From contig JBKPAK010000013.1 of the NCBI GenBank assembly GCA_046726415.1, positions 1-64,000 on the forward strand: a stretch of DNA of 64,000 bases, written 5' to 3'. Position numbers and translations under genes: made by a program. The notes beneath the pieces were generated by a model. That model made no database searches, was not told the origin of the DNA, and worked only from the letters and a program-made list of their open reading frames with translations. Below are positions 37,278 through 47,134 of the stretch, piece after piece. The stretch is from Candidatus Methylomirabilota bacterium (GTDB taxonomy: Bacteria; Methylomirabilota; Methylomirabilia; Rokubacteriales; CSP1-6). How positions within the stretch are numbered: position 1 is the stretch's first letter; each line of letters begins with the position of its first letter.

Positions 37278-38483
37278 GTCAACGGCCTGGCCCGTGGCCC
37301 TCGTGGAAGCTCGGACGCAGGCAGCCACTCGAGCCTGCTGCTCCGCAGAGAGCCCGGGGAACATCGGCAGGGAGAGCACCTGGGAGGCGACCCGCTCCGC
37401 GATCGGGAAGTCACCGGGCCGGAAGGCGAGGGCGTCGTATGCCTTCAGGAGGTGAAGCGGGATCGGGTAGTGGATGCCGGTGCCGATGCCGGCCGCCGCG
37501 AGGTCTTTCTGGAGCCGCTCGCGGTCCGCGACCCGCACCGCGTAGAGGTGGTAGACCGGCCGCGACCAGGACGGCACGTGGGGAACGACGACCGTTCCTG
37601 TGGCGTCGGCGAGGAGCTGATCGTATCCCAAGGCGAGCTCCCGCCGCTGCTCGTTCCACTTTGCCAGGTGGCGAAGCTTCACGCGCAAGAACCCCGCCTG
37701 GATGGCGTCGAGCCGGCCGTTGTAGCCCTCGATATCGTGGAGATACTTCGCCGACTGCCCGTGGTCGCGCAGCATCTGGCAACGCCCCGCCACCGCCTGG
37801 TCATCAGTGGTGACCGCCCCCGCCTCGCCGCAGGCCCCCAGATTCTTTCCCGGATAGAAGCTGAATGCCGCGGCACGGCCCAGGGAGCCCGCCTTGCGCC
37901 ACCGGCCCTCCTTCTTCGAGAAGTACTCCGCACCATGTGCCTGGCAGGCGTCCTCGAGGACGGAGAAGTTGTGCTGCGCGGCCAGCTCGGCGATGGGATC
38001 CATGTCGGCCATCTGGCCATACAAGTGAACAGGGATGACGGCCGTCACGGGCCCCCCCGTCCGCTTGCTCACCCTGCGGCCCGTCCGCTGGTCCGGTGTG
38101 CACTCGGTTTCCAGAAAGGTCCGCAGCTTCTCCGGAGCCAGGGTGTACGTCTGCTCGTCGATGTCGACGAAATCCGGGCGCGCGCCAGCCTGGGAGATCG
38201 CCTCCGCCGTGGCGATGAAGGTGAGCGGCGCCGTCATCACGGTGTCCCCCGGCTGGACGCCGGCTGCCACCAGGGCGAGCCGCAGGGCGTCGGTCCCGCT
38301 GCCCATGCCAACGCAGAGCCGGGTCTCGCAAAACTCCGCAAAGTCGCGCTCGAACTCCTGGACCATGGGCCCGCCGATGAAGCCGGCGGTGTCGAAGGCG
38401 ACCTCCACAACCGAGCGCAGCTCTTCCCGGAGTTCGCGGTGAACGGTGATGAGATCGAGAAAGGGAATCCCACTCCTGCTCAT
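37245..38483 (-). CDS. DegT/DnrJ/EryC1/StrS PLP sugar aminotransferase
   Basis: SGTDAL, PVHLYGQ, EDACQAHG, FSFYPGKNLG, NGRLD. Confidence 0.95.
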   Translation of the reverse strand: MSRSGIPFLDLITVHRELREELRSVVEVAFDTAGFIGGPMVQEFERDFAEFCETRLCVGMGSGTDALRLALVAAGVQPGDTVMTAPLTFIATAEAISQAGARPDFVDIDEQTYTLAPEKLRTFLETECTPDQRTGRRVSKRTGGPVTAVIPVHLYGQMADMDPIAELAAQHNFSVLEDACQAHGAEYFSKKEGRWRKAGSLGRAAAFSFYPGKNLGACGEAGAVTTDDQAVAGRCQMLRDHGQSAKYLHDIEGYNGRLDAIQAGFLRVKLRHLAKWNEQRRELALGYDQLLADATGTVVVPHVPSWSRPVYHLYAVRVADRERLQKDLAAAGIGTGIHYPIPLHLLKAYDALAFRPGDFPIAERVASQVLSLPMFPGLSAEQQARVAACVRASTRATGQAVDVQDPAHGDRR

Positions 38484-41400
38484 GCGCAGCTCTCCCTGGC
38501 AATGTGGTGCACGCCCGCGTGATTCAGATTCGGAAGTTCGTCAGCGAGATTGGGGCGATCGACGTATTCGCGCCAGCTCTTGACCTGCAGATCCGCGGCG
38601 CCCTTCCGGGCCAGCGCTTCGACGAAGCGCTGCGCCAACTGGATGTTGGTGATCAGCGGGATCCCGAAGTCGACGGTTCGCCGGCGGATGATGTAATCGT
38701 TCGTCAGTTCTTCCTCCTGGGAGTTCTTCGGGATGTTGATGACGAGATCGATCCGCTTTTCGCCGAGGTAGTCCAGCACATTGGGTCGGCGCTGATGCTC
38801 CAGCGGCCAGTGCAGCACCGTCGCGTGGATCCCGTGCGCGCGCAGGAACTGCGCCGTCCCCTTGGTGGCGTACAGCTTCAGGCGGAGCGCCCGCAACTGT
38901 TGGCTCGCCTCCAAAAATGCCGCCTTCGCTTCGACCGGCCCGGTGGACAGGAGGACGCTGTGGATCGGGACCCGATAGCCCACGGCCAGGAGCGCCTTGA
39001 GGAAGGCCTCCTCGAAGTCGTCGCCCAGGCAAGCCACCTCTCCCGTCGAGGCCATCTCCACCCCCAGGGTGGGGTCGGCGCCGTCCAGCCGGGTGAACGA
39101 GAACTGCGGGGCTTTGACGCCCACGTAGTTCAGGTCGAACATGGAGCCGTTCATGGGCCCGGTGGCCGTGGGGCTCCGTCCCATCATCACTTCCGTGGCC
39201 AGAGCCACCAAGTTGGTGCCGACGATCTTCGAGACAAACGGGAAGCTTCGCGACGCCCGCACGTTGCACTCGATGACCTTCACCGCGTTGCCCTTGGCGA
39301 TGAACTGGATATTGAACGGCCCTTGAAGGTCGAGGGCCCGCGCGATTCGCTCCGCGATCGTCTTGATGCGTCGAATGGTCTCCAGATAGGTTCGCTGGGG
39401 GGGCAGCACCAAGGTCGCGTCGCCCGAGTGCACGCCCGCGTTCTCCACATGCTCGGTGATGGCGGAGGCGCACACCTCGCCTCGACAGGCGACCACATCG
39501 ATCTCGAGCTCCTTGGCGTTTTCGATGAACTTGCTCACCACCACGGGACGATCAGCTGAGATCCGCGTCGCTTTGTCGAGGAGGGCCGAGAGTTCGCGCG
39601 CGTCGGACGCGACCCCCATCGCGGCACCGCTGAGCACGTAGGAGGGCCGCACGAGGACGGGATACGCGACGCGCTCCGCGAATGCCTGGGCGGACTCGAC
39701 GCTGACTAGTTCCTTCCACTCCGGCTGCTCGATGCCCAAGGTGTCCAGGAGGCGAGAGAACGCGTGACGGTCCTCGGCCGTGTCGATGCTGTGCGCCGAG
39801 GTGCCCAGGATCTTGACGCCCGCGCGATGGAGCGGAATCGCGAGACGGTTGGGGATCTGACCCCCCATGGACACCACCACGCCCAAGGGTCGCTCGCGCT
39901 CGTAGATGGCCAGGACGGACTCCAGGCTCAGCTCGTCAAAGTAGAGCCGATCACACTCGTTGTAGTCCGTGCTGACGGTCTCTGGGTTGTAGTTGATGAT
40001 GATCGTCCGATGGCCCATCCGACCAAGCGTCCGCACGGTATTGACGGCGCACCAGTCGAACTCCACGGAGCTGCCGATGCAGTACGCGCCCGACCCAAGC
40101 ACGATGACGGACTCCTCGTGGGCGCGTTCCACATCGTCTTCGTCGGCGCGGTAGGTGAGGTAGAGATAGTTGGTCCGCGCGGGATACTCGGCGGCCAGGG
40201 TGTCGATCTGCCTCACCCGCGGGCGGATTCCGTAGGCCTCGCGTTGCGCCCGTACTTCCGCCTCGCCGTGGCCCGTGATCTCAGTGATCTGCCGATCGGC
40301 GAATCCCGTCCACTTCGCCTCCCGCATCAGTGGCCGCGGGATGGCCGCCCCCTCGCCACATGCGCGGAGCCGTTCCCCCACCTCCACGATGCGCTGGACC
40401 TTGAGCAGGAACCAGCGGTCGATGCCGGAGAGCTGGTGGATGCGATCGAGCGACATGCCCCGCTGAATCGCCGCGGCGATCGCGAAGATGCGCCCCGGCG
40501 TGGGCTCGGCCAATTCAGCCTCCAGGGCCCCCTGCCGCGGCGCGTTCCTCCCGACGAGTCCCGTCGCCCCGACGTCCAGCATGCGAAGGGCCTTTTGCAG
40601 CGCCTCTTCGAACGTCACCCCGATGGCCATGACCTCACCCACGGACTTCATCCCCGAGCCGATGCGGCGCGAGACCTGTGGGAACTTCTGGAGGTCCCAC
40701 CGGGGGACTTTGACCACGACGTAGTCGAGGGCGGGTTCGAAGCACGCGGTGGTCGCTCCGGTGATGGAATTCCGGAGCTCGGGTAGGCTGCCGCCCAGGG
40801 CGAGCTTGGCCGCCACCAAGGCCAAGGGGTAGCCGGTGGCCTTCGAGGCCAGCGCGGAGCTACGGGACAGCCGGGCGTTGACTTCGATGACCCGGTAGTC
40901 CGCCGAGTGCGGATCGAGGGCAAACTGGATATTGCACTCGCCCACGATGCCGAGATGCCGGACCACCCGGATGGCGATCTGGCGAAGGAGGTGGTACTCC
41001 TGATTCGTCAGCGTTTGGCTGGGCGTAACCACGATGCTTTCGCCCGTGTGGATGCCCAGGGGGTCGAGGTTCTCCATGTTGCAGACGGTGATGCAGTTGT
41101 CGAACTGGTCGCGGACGACCTCGTACTCGACCTCCTTCCATCCGGCGAGGCAGTCTTCGATCAGAACCTGACCGCTGTGGGCCAGCGCCAGGCCGGCGCG
41201 CTCGCGCACCTCGCCCGCGTTCGCGCACACGCCGGACCCGAGGCCTCCCAGCGCATAGCCGGCCCGGAGCATCACCGGGAAGCCGAGCTGGTCGGCGACC
41301 TTCACGGCGCCGTCCACTGAGGTCGCCGGGGCGCTCCGGGGCACCTTCACCCCGATATCGGTCAGCCGGCGGGCGAAGAGATCCCGGTCCTCGGTCGCGC

Positions 41401-41764
41401 GAATCGCCTCGATCGGCGTGCCCAGCACGCGAACCCCGTGATGGCGGAGCACGCCGTGCTCGTCGAGTTCCAGACCGCAGTTGAGGGCCGTTTGCCCTCC
41501 GAATCCCAAGAGGATCCCGTCCGGCCGCTCCCGCTCGATCACGCCCTCCACGAACTGCCGCGTGACCGGCAGGAAATAGACCTGGTTCGCCAGGTACTCG
41601 GAGGTCTGGATCGTGGCAATGTTAGGATTGACCAGAACCGTGGTGATCCCCTCCTCGCGAAGAGCCTTGATGGCTTGGCTTCCGGAGTAATCAAACTCGC
41701 CGGCCTCGCCGATCTTCAGCGCGCCACTCCCCAGGACGAGGACCTTCTCGGGCTTACCGCCCAT
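38480..41764 (-). CDS. carB: Carbamoyl-phosphate synthase large subunit
   Basis: GEAGEFDYSGSQA, HTGES, NARLSRSSALASKATGYP, HSGDA, two ATP-grasp halves, C-terminal MGS domain. Confidence 0.97.
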   Translation of the reverse strand: MGGKPEKVLVLGSGALKIGEAGEFDYSGSQAIKALREEGITTVLVNPNIATIQTSEYLANQVYFLPVTRQFVEGVIERERPDGILLGFGGQTALNCGLELDEHGVLRHHGVRVLGTPIEAIRATEDRDLFARRLTDIGVKVPRSAPATSVDGAVKVADQLGFPVMLRAGYALGGLGSGVCANAGEVRERAGLALAHSGQVLIEDCLAGWKEVEYEVVRDQFDNCITVCNMENLDPLGIHTGESIVVTPSQTLTNQEYHLLRQIAIRVVRHLGIVGECNIQFALDPHSADYRVIEVNARLSRSSALASKATGYPLALVAAKLALGGSLPELRNSITGATTACFEPALDYVVVKVPRWDLQKFPQVSRRIGSGMKSVGEVMAIGVTFEEALQKALRMLDVGATGLVGRNAPRQGALEAELAEPTPGRIFAIAAAIQRGMSLDRIHQLSGIDRWFLLKVQRIVEVGERLRACGEGAAIPRPLMREAKWTGFADRQITEITGHGEAEVRAQREAYGIRPRVRQIDTLAAEYPARTNYLYLTYRADEDDVERAHEESVIVLGSGAYCIGSSVEFDWCAVNTVRTLGRMGHRTIIINYNPETVSTDYNECDRLYFDELSLESVLAIYERERPLGVVVSMGGQIPNRLAIPLHRAGVKILGTSAHSIDTAEDRHAFSRLLDTLGIEQPEWKELVSVESAQAFAERVAYPVLVRPSYVLSGAAMGVASDARELSALLDKATRISADRPVVVSKFIENAKELEIDVVACRGEVCASAITEHVENAGVHSGDATLVLPPQRTYLETIRRIKTIAERIARALDLQGPFNIQFIAKGNAVKVIECNVRASRSFPFVSKIVGTNLVALATEVMMGRSPTATGPMNGSMFDLNYVGVKAPQFSFTRLDGADPTLGVEMASTGEVACLGDDFEEAFLKALLAVGYRVPIHSVLLSTGPVEAKAAFLEASQQLRALRLKLYATKGTAQFLRAHGIHATVLHWPLEHQRRPNVLDYLGEKRIDLVINIPKNSQEEELTNDYIIRRRTVDFGIPLITNIQLAQRFVEALARKGAADLQVKSWREYVDRPNLADELPNLNHAGVHHIARESCA

Positions 41765-42878
41765 GAAGCATTCCGACGAACTCGTCGAAGAGAAACGCCG
41801 TATCGACTGGACCCGGCGTGGCCTCGGGATGAAATTGCACGCTCATGAATGGCCGGGACCGGTGGCGGATCCCTTCATTGCTGTCGTCGTTGGCGTTCCG
41901 GAACCAGACGGCCCAGTCGTCGGGGAGGGTGCGATCGTCCACCGCGTACCCGTGGTTCTGGGCGGTCACATAGCAGTGGCTGGTGCCCACCCACCCACAC
42001 GGCTGATTCTGGCCGCGATGGCCAAACTTCAGCTTGTAGGTGTCCGCCCCCGCGGCAAGCGCCAAGATCTGGTGGCCCAGGCAGATGCCGAAGACGGGGT
42101 ACTCCGCCTCCATGGCCCGCCGTACGTGAGCGATGGTCGGAACACACGTCTTGGGATCGCCCGGCCCGTTGGACACCAGGACGCCGTCGAAGTCCTCTTG
42201 GAAGAAGTCGTAGTCCCACGGCACCCGGATGACGGTCAGCCCCCGGCTGGTCAGGCTGCGGATAATGCTGTTCTTGCTCCCGCAATCCACCAGCACGACC
42301 CGCTTGTCACCTGAGCCGTAGATCACCGGCTCCTTGACACTGACCAGCGACACCAGGTTGTCTTGGTTGGGATCGCGCAACTCGACGTCCTCGTCGGCGG
42401 CCACGATCTTGCCCAGCATCACCCCACGCTCGCGCAAGCGCTTGGTCAGGGCCCGGGTGTCGACTTCCCCCAGGCCCGGCACTCCTTGCTCGGCCAGCCA
42501 CTGCCCCAAGCTCTTGGCGGCGCTCCAGTGGCTGTAGTGGACCGAGGCTTCGGCGACGACAAGGCCGGTGATCTGGATTTCCCCGGATTCGAAGGTCAGG
42601 TCCAGTCCGTCCGCCATGCGGCGTTCAGGCACCCCGTAGTTGCCGACCAGGGGATACGTGAGCACGAGGATCTGGCCCTTGTACGAGGGATCGGTCAACG
42701 CTTCGGGGTATCCAACCATTCCGGTATTGAAGACGACCTCGCCGCTCACCGCGGCCGGGAAGCCGAAGGGAAGACCGGGGAACACGGACCCGTCCTCGAG
42801 AACGAGCCATGCACGCCGCGTTTCCTCGTCGGCCGCCAGCGCGTACGTCTTCTCAGAGTCGCCGCCCACGCATCTCAC
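41754..42878 (-). CDS. carA: Carbamoyl-phosphate synthase small subunit
   Basis: GEVVFNTGMVGY, TDPSY, SNGPGDP, GICLGHQ, QNHGY, QFHPE. Confidence 0.97.
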   Translation of the reverse strand: MRCVGGDSEKTYALAADEETRRAWLVLEDGSVFPGLPFGFPAAVSGEVVFNTGMVGYPEALTDPSYKGQILVLTYPLVGNYGVPERRMADGLDLTFESGEIQITGLVVAEASVHYSHWSAAKSLGQWLAEQGVPGLGEVDTRALTKRLRERGVMLGKIVAADEDVELRDPNQDNLVSLVSVKEPVIYGSGDKRVVLVDCGSKNSIIRSLTSRGLTVIRVPWDYDFFQEDFDGVLVSNGPGDPKTCVPTIAHVRRAMEAEYPVFGICLGHQILALAAGADTYKLKFGHRGQNQPCGWVGTSHCYVTAQNHGYAVDDRTLPDDWAVWFRNANDDSNEGIRHRSRPFMSVQFHPEATPGPVDTAFLFDEFVGMLHGR

Positions 42879-42914
42879 CAGGTCTCTCTTCTGCGAACTT
42901 GGTGTTGCAAATGA

Positions 42915-43322
42915 TTATTTCTTGCCGAAGCCCAATTTGGTCACCACGCGGTCCAGTGAGATTCCCGGAAAGACATCGGGGTTCTTCTTCGTCACTTCCT
43001 CATTACCCTTGAACCAACGGGGGTGGCCGATCACCAACAGCTTCATCCTTCCTGAGTATGAATACTCGACCTTCGGCGGGACTTCGATAAGCACACCCGG
43101 TTCCACGTCGTACTTCTCGCCTACGATGGTGAAATAGCCGTAACCGGCCAGCACATAATAGACCCTGGTAATCTCCTTACTTCGCAGGAACGTATCATGT
43201 CCCTTTGTGACATCGACCAGATAGATGTCAAGCGCCGTGTTGCTGAGGAGTTCGAATTGGAAGCCCTGGAGCCCCTTGCCGACGAAGGTTGGGGACGAAG
43301 GGACCCGCATCACATAACGCAT
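42915..43322 (-). CDS. Small cupin-fold protein
   Basis: YYVLAGYGYFTIVGEKYDVEPGVLIEVPP; AAGGAGG upstream; start uncertain. Confidence 0.7.
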   Translation of the reverse strand: MRYVMRVPSSPTFVGKGLQGFQFELLSNTALDIYLVDVTKGHDTFLRSKEITRVYYVLAGYGYFTIVGEKYDVEPGVLIEVPPKVEYSYSGRMKLLVIGHPRWFKGNEEVTKKNPDVFPGISLDRVVTKLGFGKK

Positions 43323-43504
43323 AGATGGCATTCCCTCCTTGGTGGGGTTGCCCGCCCATATCATGCGCGGAGCCGGGTCTGACCCCCGCGGAAATCGTGC
43401 CGCGTGTAATGGCGCGACAGTCGACATCTAAAGTCGGCCTCGTCACCGCGCTGACCCTGCCGCCCGCTGGGCGCCACGGCCGCGAGCAGCGCAGCGCCGG
43501 TATC

Positions 43505-44710
43505 TCACCCCTTGGATGGGACAAGGCCCACGGCGGGTGTATCGCCGTGCGTTAGGCGTGCGGGTGGTCCCGCGGTAGGTTCTAGGCAACAATGCTCCTT
43601 AACCAGGTGTTGGAGCCTTTGCTTTCTCGCGAGGAGACCGGGCATGGGGTCGAGGCCGGCGGTTTTAAGCACGGTTTCCCAGCGATGCGCCCAGTCATGG
43701 CGCAGTAAGGCGTGCGCGACATTATTGCGACGGATGCGCGCCTGTCGGTCGGGCTGTCCATCGATCTCGTCAATGATGAGATCAATGGTCGGAGAATCAT
43801 GAGGGAGATGAATCACTGCGTCGGGCCAGTCGAAGAGCTCAGCAAAGGCGTCGTTCTTGGGCTGTTCCCCGATCATGATGGCCCCGGCGCCAGCTCCTTC
43901 AAAGTACCGGTAGCCGAGTTCGAGCTGATTCCCCCGGCGATCGGGAAGATCAATCAGCCCTGGGGCGACGATGAAGTAACGGCTCCTCTTGGCGGTGTTG
44001 GCGAAGAGTGCGCGATGCTCTTGGAAATTGCGGGCCTGATTTCCAGCGATGCTATCATAAAGATAGAACAAGCCAGCATTCTTCGCCATTCCGAGAAGAG
44101 TCTGATGTGTTACTTCTGATCGTCGGCCGATGCTGTACACGTCCACGACCCTCTTAGGCGGGTCAGGGTACGGGCAGAAGCGAAGGGCGTCGATCCCTGG
44201 TGGTAGGAAGAGACATTTGCGGCCTATGGCCTCACTGACGGCCTTCACACTCTGACTGTAATATAGCATCACGAGGTCAAACCGAGCGAGAATCCTTAAG
44301 AGATAGCGGCAGGGGCGAAGGTCGCCGAGCCAGAACTCGTCCAGCAGACACACGGAAGTCTTGGCGAAGCTTCGCCAATCCCCCACCGTATTAACGGTGA
44401 GTAAATCCATCGGGGACCCGCAAACCGCCATGAAGAGGTCGTAGTCAGCCTTGACCGTCACCGCGCTTTTGGGTATCCCGGGGTTCAAGGCGATGGGGGA
44501 ATGCCAGGCCAGCCGTTTAGCGAGTCTGTAGCCTGAGGGAAACCACGTTGTGGGGTGAGGCGCCAGGATGTCGGTGGAGTCAATCTGACAGATTATGTCC
44601 TCGAATTCATATTGGGGACACCGATAGAGCACGTTGGGGAAGATGTGGCGTTGGGAAAATAGTAGGATTCGTGAGCGACCGGAACTCGGGCCTGTGGACA
44701 CCGGCATCAT
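43505..44710 (-). CDS. CgeB-like glycosyltransferase (GT-B)
   Basis: GIDALRF, IGRR, RYFEGAGAG, LLRHDWAHRW. Confidence 0.78.
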   Translation of the reverse strand: MMPVSTGPSSGRSRILLFSQRHIFPNVLYRCPQYEFEDIICQIDSTDILAPHPTTWFPSGYRLAKRLAWHSPIALNPGIPKSAVTVKADYDLFMAVCGSPMDLLTVNTVGDWRSFAKTSVCLLDEFWLGDLRPCRYLLRILARFDLVMLYYSQSVKAVSEAIGRKCLFLPPGIDALRFCPYPDPPKRVVDVYSIGRRSEVTHQTLLGMAKNAGLFYLYDSIAGNQARNFQEHRALFANTAKRSRYFIVAPGLIDLPDRRGNQLELGYRYFEGAGAGAIMIGEQPKNDAFAELFDWPDAVIHLPHDSPTIDLIIDEIDGQPDRQARIRRNNVAHALLRHDWAHRWETVLKTAGLDPMPGLLARKQRLQHLVKEHCCLEPTAGPPARLTHGDTPAVGLVPSKG

Positions 44711-44824
44711 ATTGGATTCCTCGCTATGCGTTGACTGATGGTGATGAGTCGGACCTCCAAGCAGAGAGCCGCTTTGGGGCCCGGGACGAGTAGATCAAGC
44801 GCGCAGAGGGCGTTAAGCTGGTCC

Positions 44825-45841
44825 TTAAAACGCCAGGAGGGTGAGGCCAGAGTCCAGCAGATCGGCGACGCGGTCGTAGTGTTTGGCTAATTTAGGCAAC
44901 AAGAGACCGGAAATGAGCCAATGGACCCGGAGCCGGAAGGCTGACGCATAACGGACCTGCCAATCCGACCTTGCCTTGTCCAGCGGCTCGAGGCCCCAGT
45001 ACCCCAAGGGCCAGCTATTTCGGAGGGAGGAATCGCCATCATGGATGTCTTCCAGCAGCTCAAGGACGGGTTGCCACCCGAGATCGTGCGCGACCTTGGC
45101 TCTGACATCTAGATCGATTCCCGAGACAAAGAGATACCCACGCGGGCTCACCAACCTCGCGATGTTTCGCAAACATCGTTCGGCCGCTGGTGGCTCCATA
45201 TGGCAGAGGAAACGATTTGCCACCACGATGTCCTGAGGTCCCAACAGATTGATGAGCGCTGGATCGGCGGCATCCCGCTCATGCCAAGTGATCCCTTCCT
45301 TGAGCCATGGTTGGATGCTTACATGCTCACCATACGGGTTAAACAGCGAGCATATCTCGGCCGGGGCCATGCGCTCGTAGAGAGCCTTCGCGGGGAGGTC
45401 AGGAGCTGAGAGAGAATAGACCCCCTCCCGACAAATGCGCAAAGCTTCGCGAGAAATATCCACGGCATGCAGGATGAATTTCAAGTCCGGCCGTGCCGAT
45501 CGGAGGGTCCATATGATGGAGTAGAGCTCGGCCCCGATGCTACACGCCAGGACGGAAATGTTTACCGTGGCTGCTCTAGGCTGTTGATCTACCAGACGAC
45601 GCATTAAAAGAAGCTCGGCGCGGTTCCTAAAGAAGTAGGTACTCCCGTTCTGCCGGCGGGTCGCCGAGAAGCGAGCGAGCCCATGCAAGAGACGAGCGTA
45701 GGGACGGAGCGTTCGCGAGGTTCGGAGGGAAGCGGGAAGATAATCCCAAAGCCGCTCATGCAGGCGCAAATAGAGGGCTACCGGAGATAGTCGGCCAAGA
45801 CCGAAGGTTGCCACGCCACCACAAGTCGAGCGCCCCAGCAA
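44825..45841 (-). CDS. CheR-fold SAM-dependent methyltransferase (paralog 1)
   Basis: TYFFRN, LACSIGAELYSI, AVDIS, GVYS, DIVVANRFL, GYLF; TTG start after AAGGAG. Confidence 0.82.
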   Translation of the reverse strand: MLGRSTCGGVATFGLGRLSPVALYLRLHERLWDYLPASLRTSRTLRPYARLLHGLARFSATRRQNGSTYFFRNRAELLLMRRLVDQQPRAATVNISVLACSIGAELYSIIWTLRSARPDLKFILHAVDISREALRICREGVYSLSAPDLPAKALYERMAPAEICSLFNPYGEHVSIQPWLKEGITWHERDAADPALINLLGPQDIVVANRFLCHMEPPAAERCLRNIARLVSPRGYLFVSGIDLDVRAKVAHDLGWQPVLELLEDIHDGDSSLRNSWPLGYWGLEPLDKARSDWQVRYASAFRLRVHWLISGLLLPKLAKHYDRVADLLDSGLTLLAF

Positions 45842-45865
45842 GTGTCTCTCCTTCCATTGGCGAGG

Positions 45866-47134
45866 CTACGCTCCGTGGCCATTGTGAGGCCGACCGTGAG
45901 CGAAGATTCGCGCGTATTGCTCCTCTAACGCCTGGCGATACTCTTCCACCTTTTGTTTAATGTGGGGCCGAATCTGCTCGGCCCTGTTCTCGAGCTCCAC
46001 GATCTGTGCGGTGAGCCGATCAACATCCAAGTGATCGATATCGTGGCAATAGTCCGCCAAGCCGACCCCGGCCACCAAAGAGGCGAACTTCTCATGGTAG
46101 GAAAGGGAAACCACCGGCTTATGGAGCATGAGGGCCAACAGCACATTGTGAAAGCGAGCGGAGACGACGATATCGGTGGCCGCCAGCTGGGCGAGCACGT
46201 CCTCGCCAGACGAGATTGGTTCATTGATGATCTGCCCATCTGCGGGTGTCGGGCCAAGCTTGGCCAGGGACTCCAGCAGGTCGTCTTTGACCCGGTTGTC
46301 GTACAGAGTGTCACCGATGAGGAGGCGGACCGTGTACTTATGCTCGAGCAGCCACGCCACGAAGGTTGAAAGTTTGATGAGGAAATCCCGGTACTTCGGT
46401 TCGCCGCCTCGCTCGGGGAGACCGAGGAGACCGTAGTAATCTTTCACGCCAACCCCGATGACCGGCCGCCGGCTAGCGAAGTTGTTGCGCGTGCCGTCGG
46501 GAAAGAGGGCGCGGGGCAGGCTAAACGCCAAATCAGGATACAGCGGGTCGTTCTCGGTCCTGAAGCCAATATTCTCCAAGAACTGCTTGGAGTACCTGTC
46601 GCGGTAGGACCGGTAGGCGGCAAGGGAGAGGGCCGCCTTGATGAACCACCGGGTCAGGGGGTGGTACATGGGGGCCGCCCCGACGCTGAGAAAGAGGATT
46701 TTGCACCGGCGCAATCTGGCGATGAGAGACCATTTGAACAGTTGATAGGGGATACCCAGCGAGTTGGAGCTGAAGTCGGTGAGCAACCCGGTGCCGGGCA
46801 CAATGAGCAGCTCAAAGCCTCGCAAGGACGTGAAGGCGTGGACCCAGTCCAGGAGCTCCCGCGGTATCCCCAGGAGGACTTTGCGAAAGAGTCTGACGAA
46901 CGGATGGTGTCGTCGCCGCGACTCGGGAGGGTAGCCGTGAGCATGACGACGCGAAAGGGGAAATGCCGGGATATGGTGGCGCCGGAGCGTGTCAGGAGGA
47001 CCCGTACAGAAGCACCTGAGTTCTGCATCCGGCAAGTACCGGCGGACATTGAAGAGTATGGCTTGGAGGGTGCATTCATTGCCCCAGTTTTGCTGACCAA
47101 AAAGCCCATAGAAGGCGATCTTCCGCGGCGTCAT
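45866..47134 (-). CDS. Polysaccharide pyruvyl transferase family (WcaK-like)
   Basis: NWGNE, GTGLL, SYRDRYS, PDLAF, ARFH, LSYHEK. Confidence 0.9.
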   Translation of the reverse strand: MTPRKIAFYGLFGQQNWGNECTLQAILFNVRRYLPDAELRCFCTGPPDTLRRHHIPAFPLSRRHAHGYPPESRRRHHPFVRLFRKVLLGIPRELLDWVHAFTSLRGFELLIVPGTGLLTDFSSNSLGIPYQLFKWSLIARLRRCKILFLSVGAAPMYHPLTRWFIKAALSLAAYRSYRDRYSKQFLENIGFRTENDPLYPDLAFSLPRALFPDGTRNNFASRRPVIGVGVKDYYGLLGLPERGGEPKYRDFLIKLSTFVAWLLEHKYTVRLLIGDTLYDNRVKDDLLESLAKLGPTPADGQIINEPISSGEDVLAQLAATDIVVSARFHNVLLALMLHKPVVSLSYHEKFASLVAGVGLADYCHDIDHLDVDRLTAQIVELENRAEQIRPHIKQKVEEYRQALEEQYARIFAHGRPHNGHGA

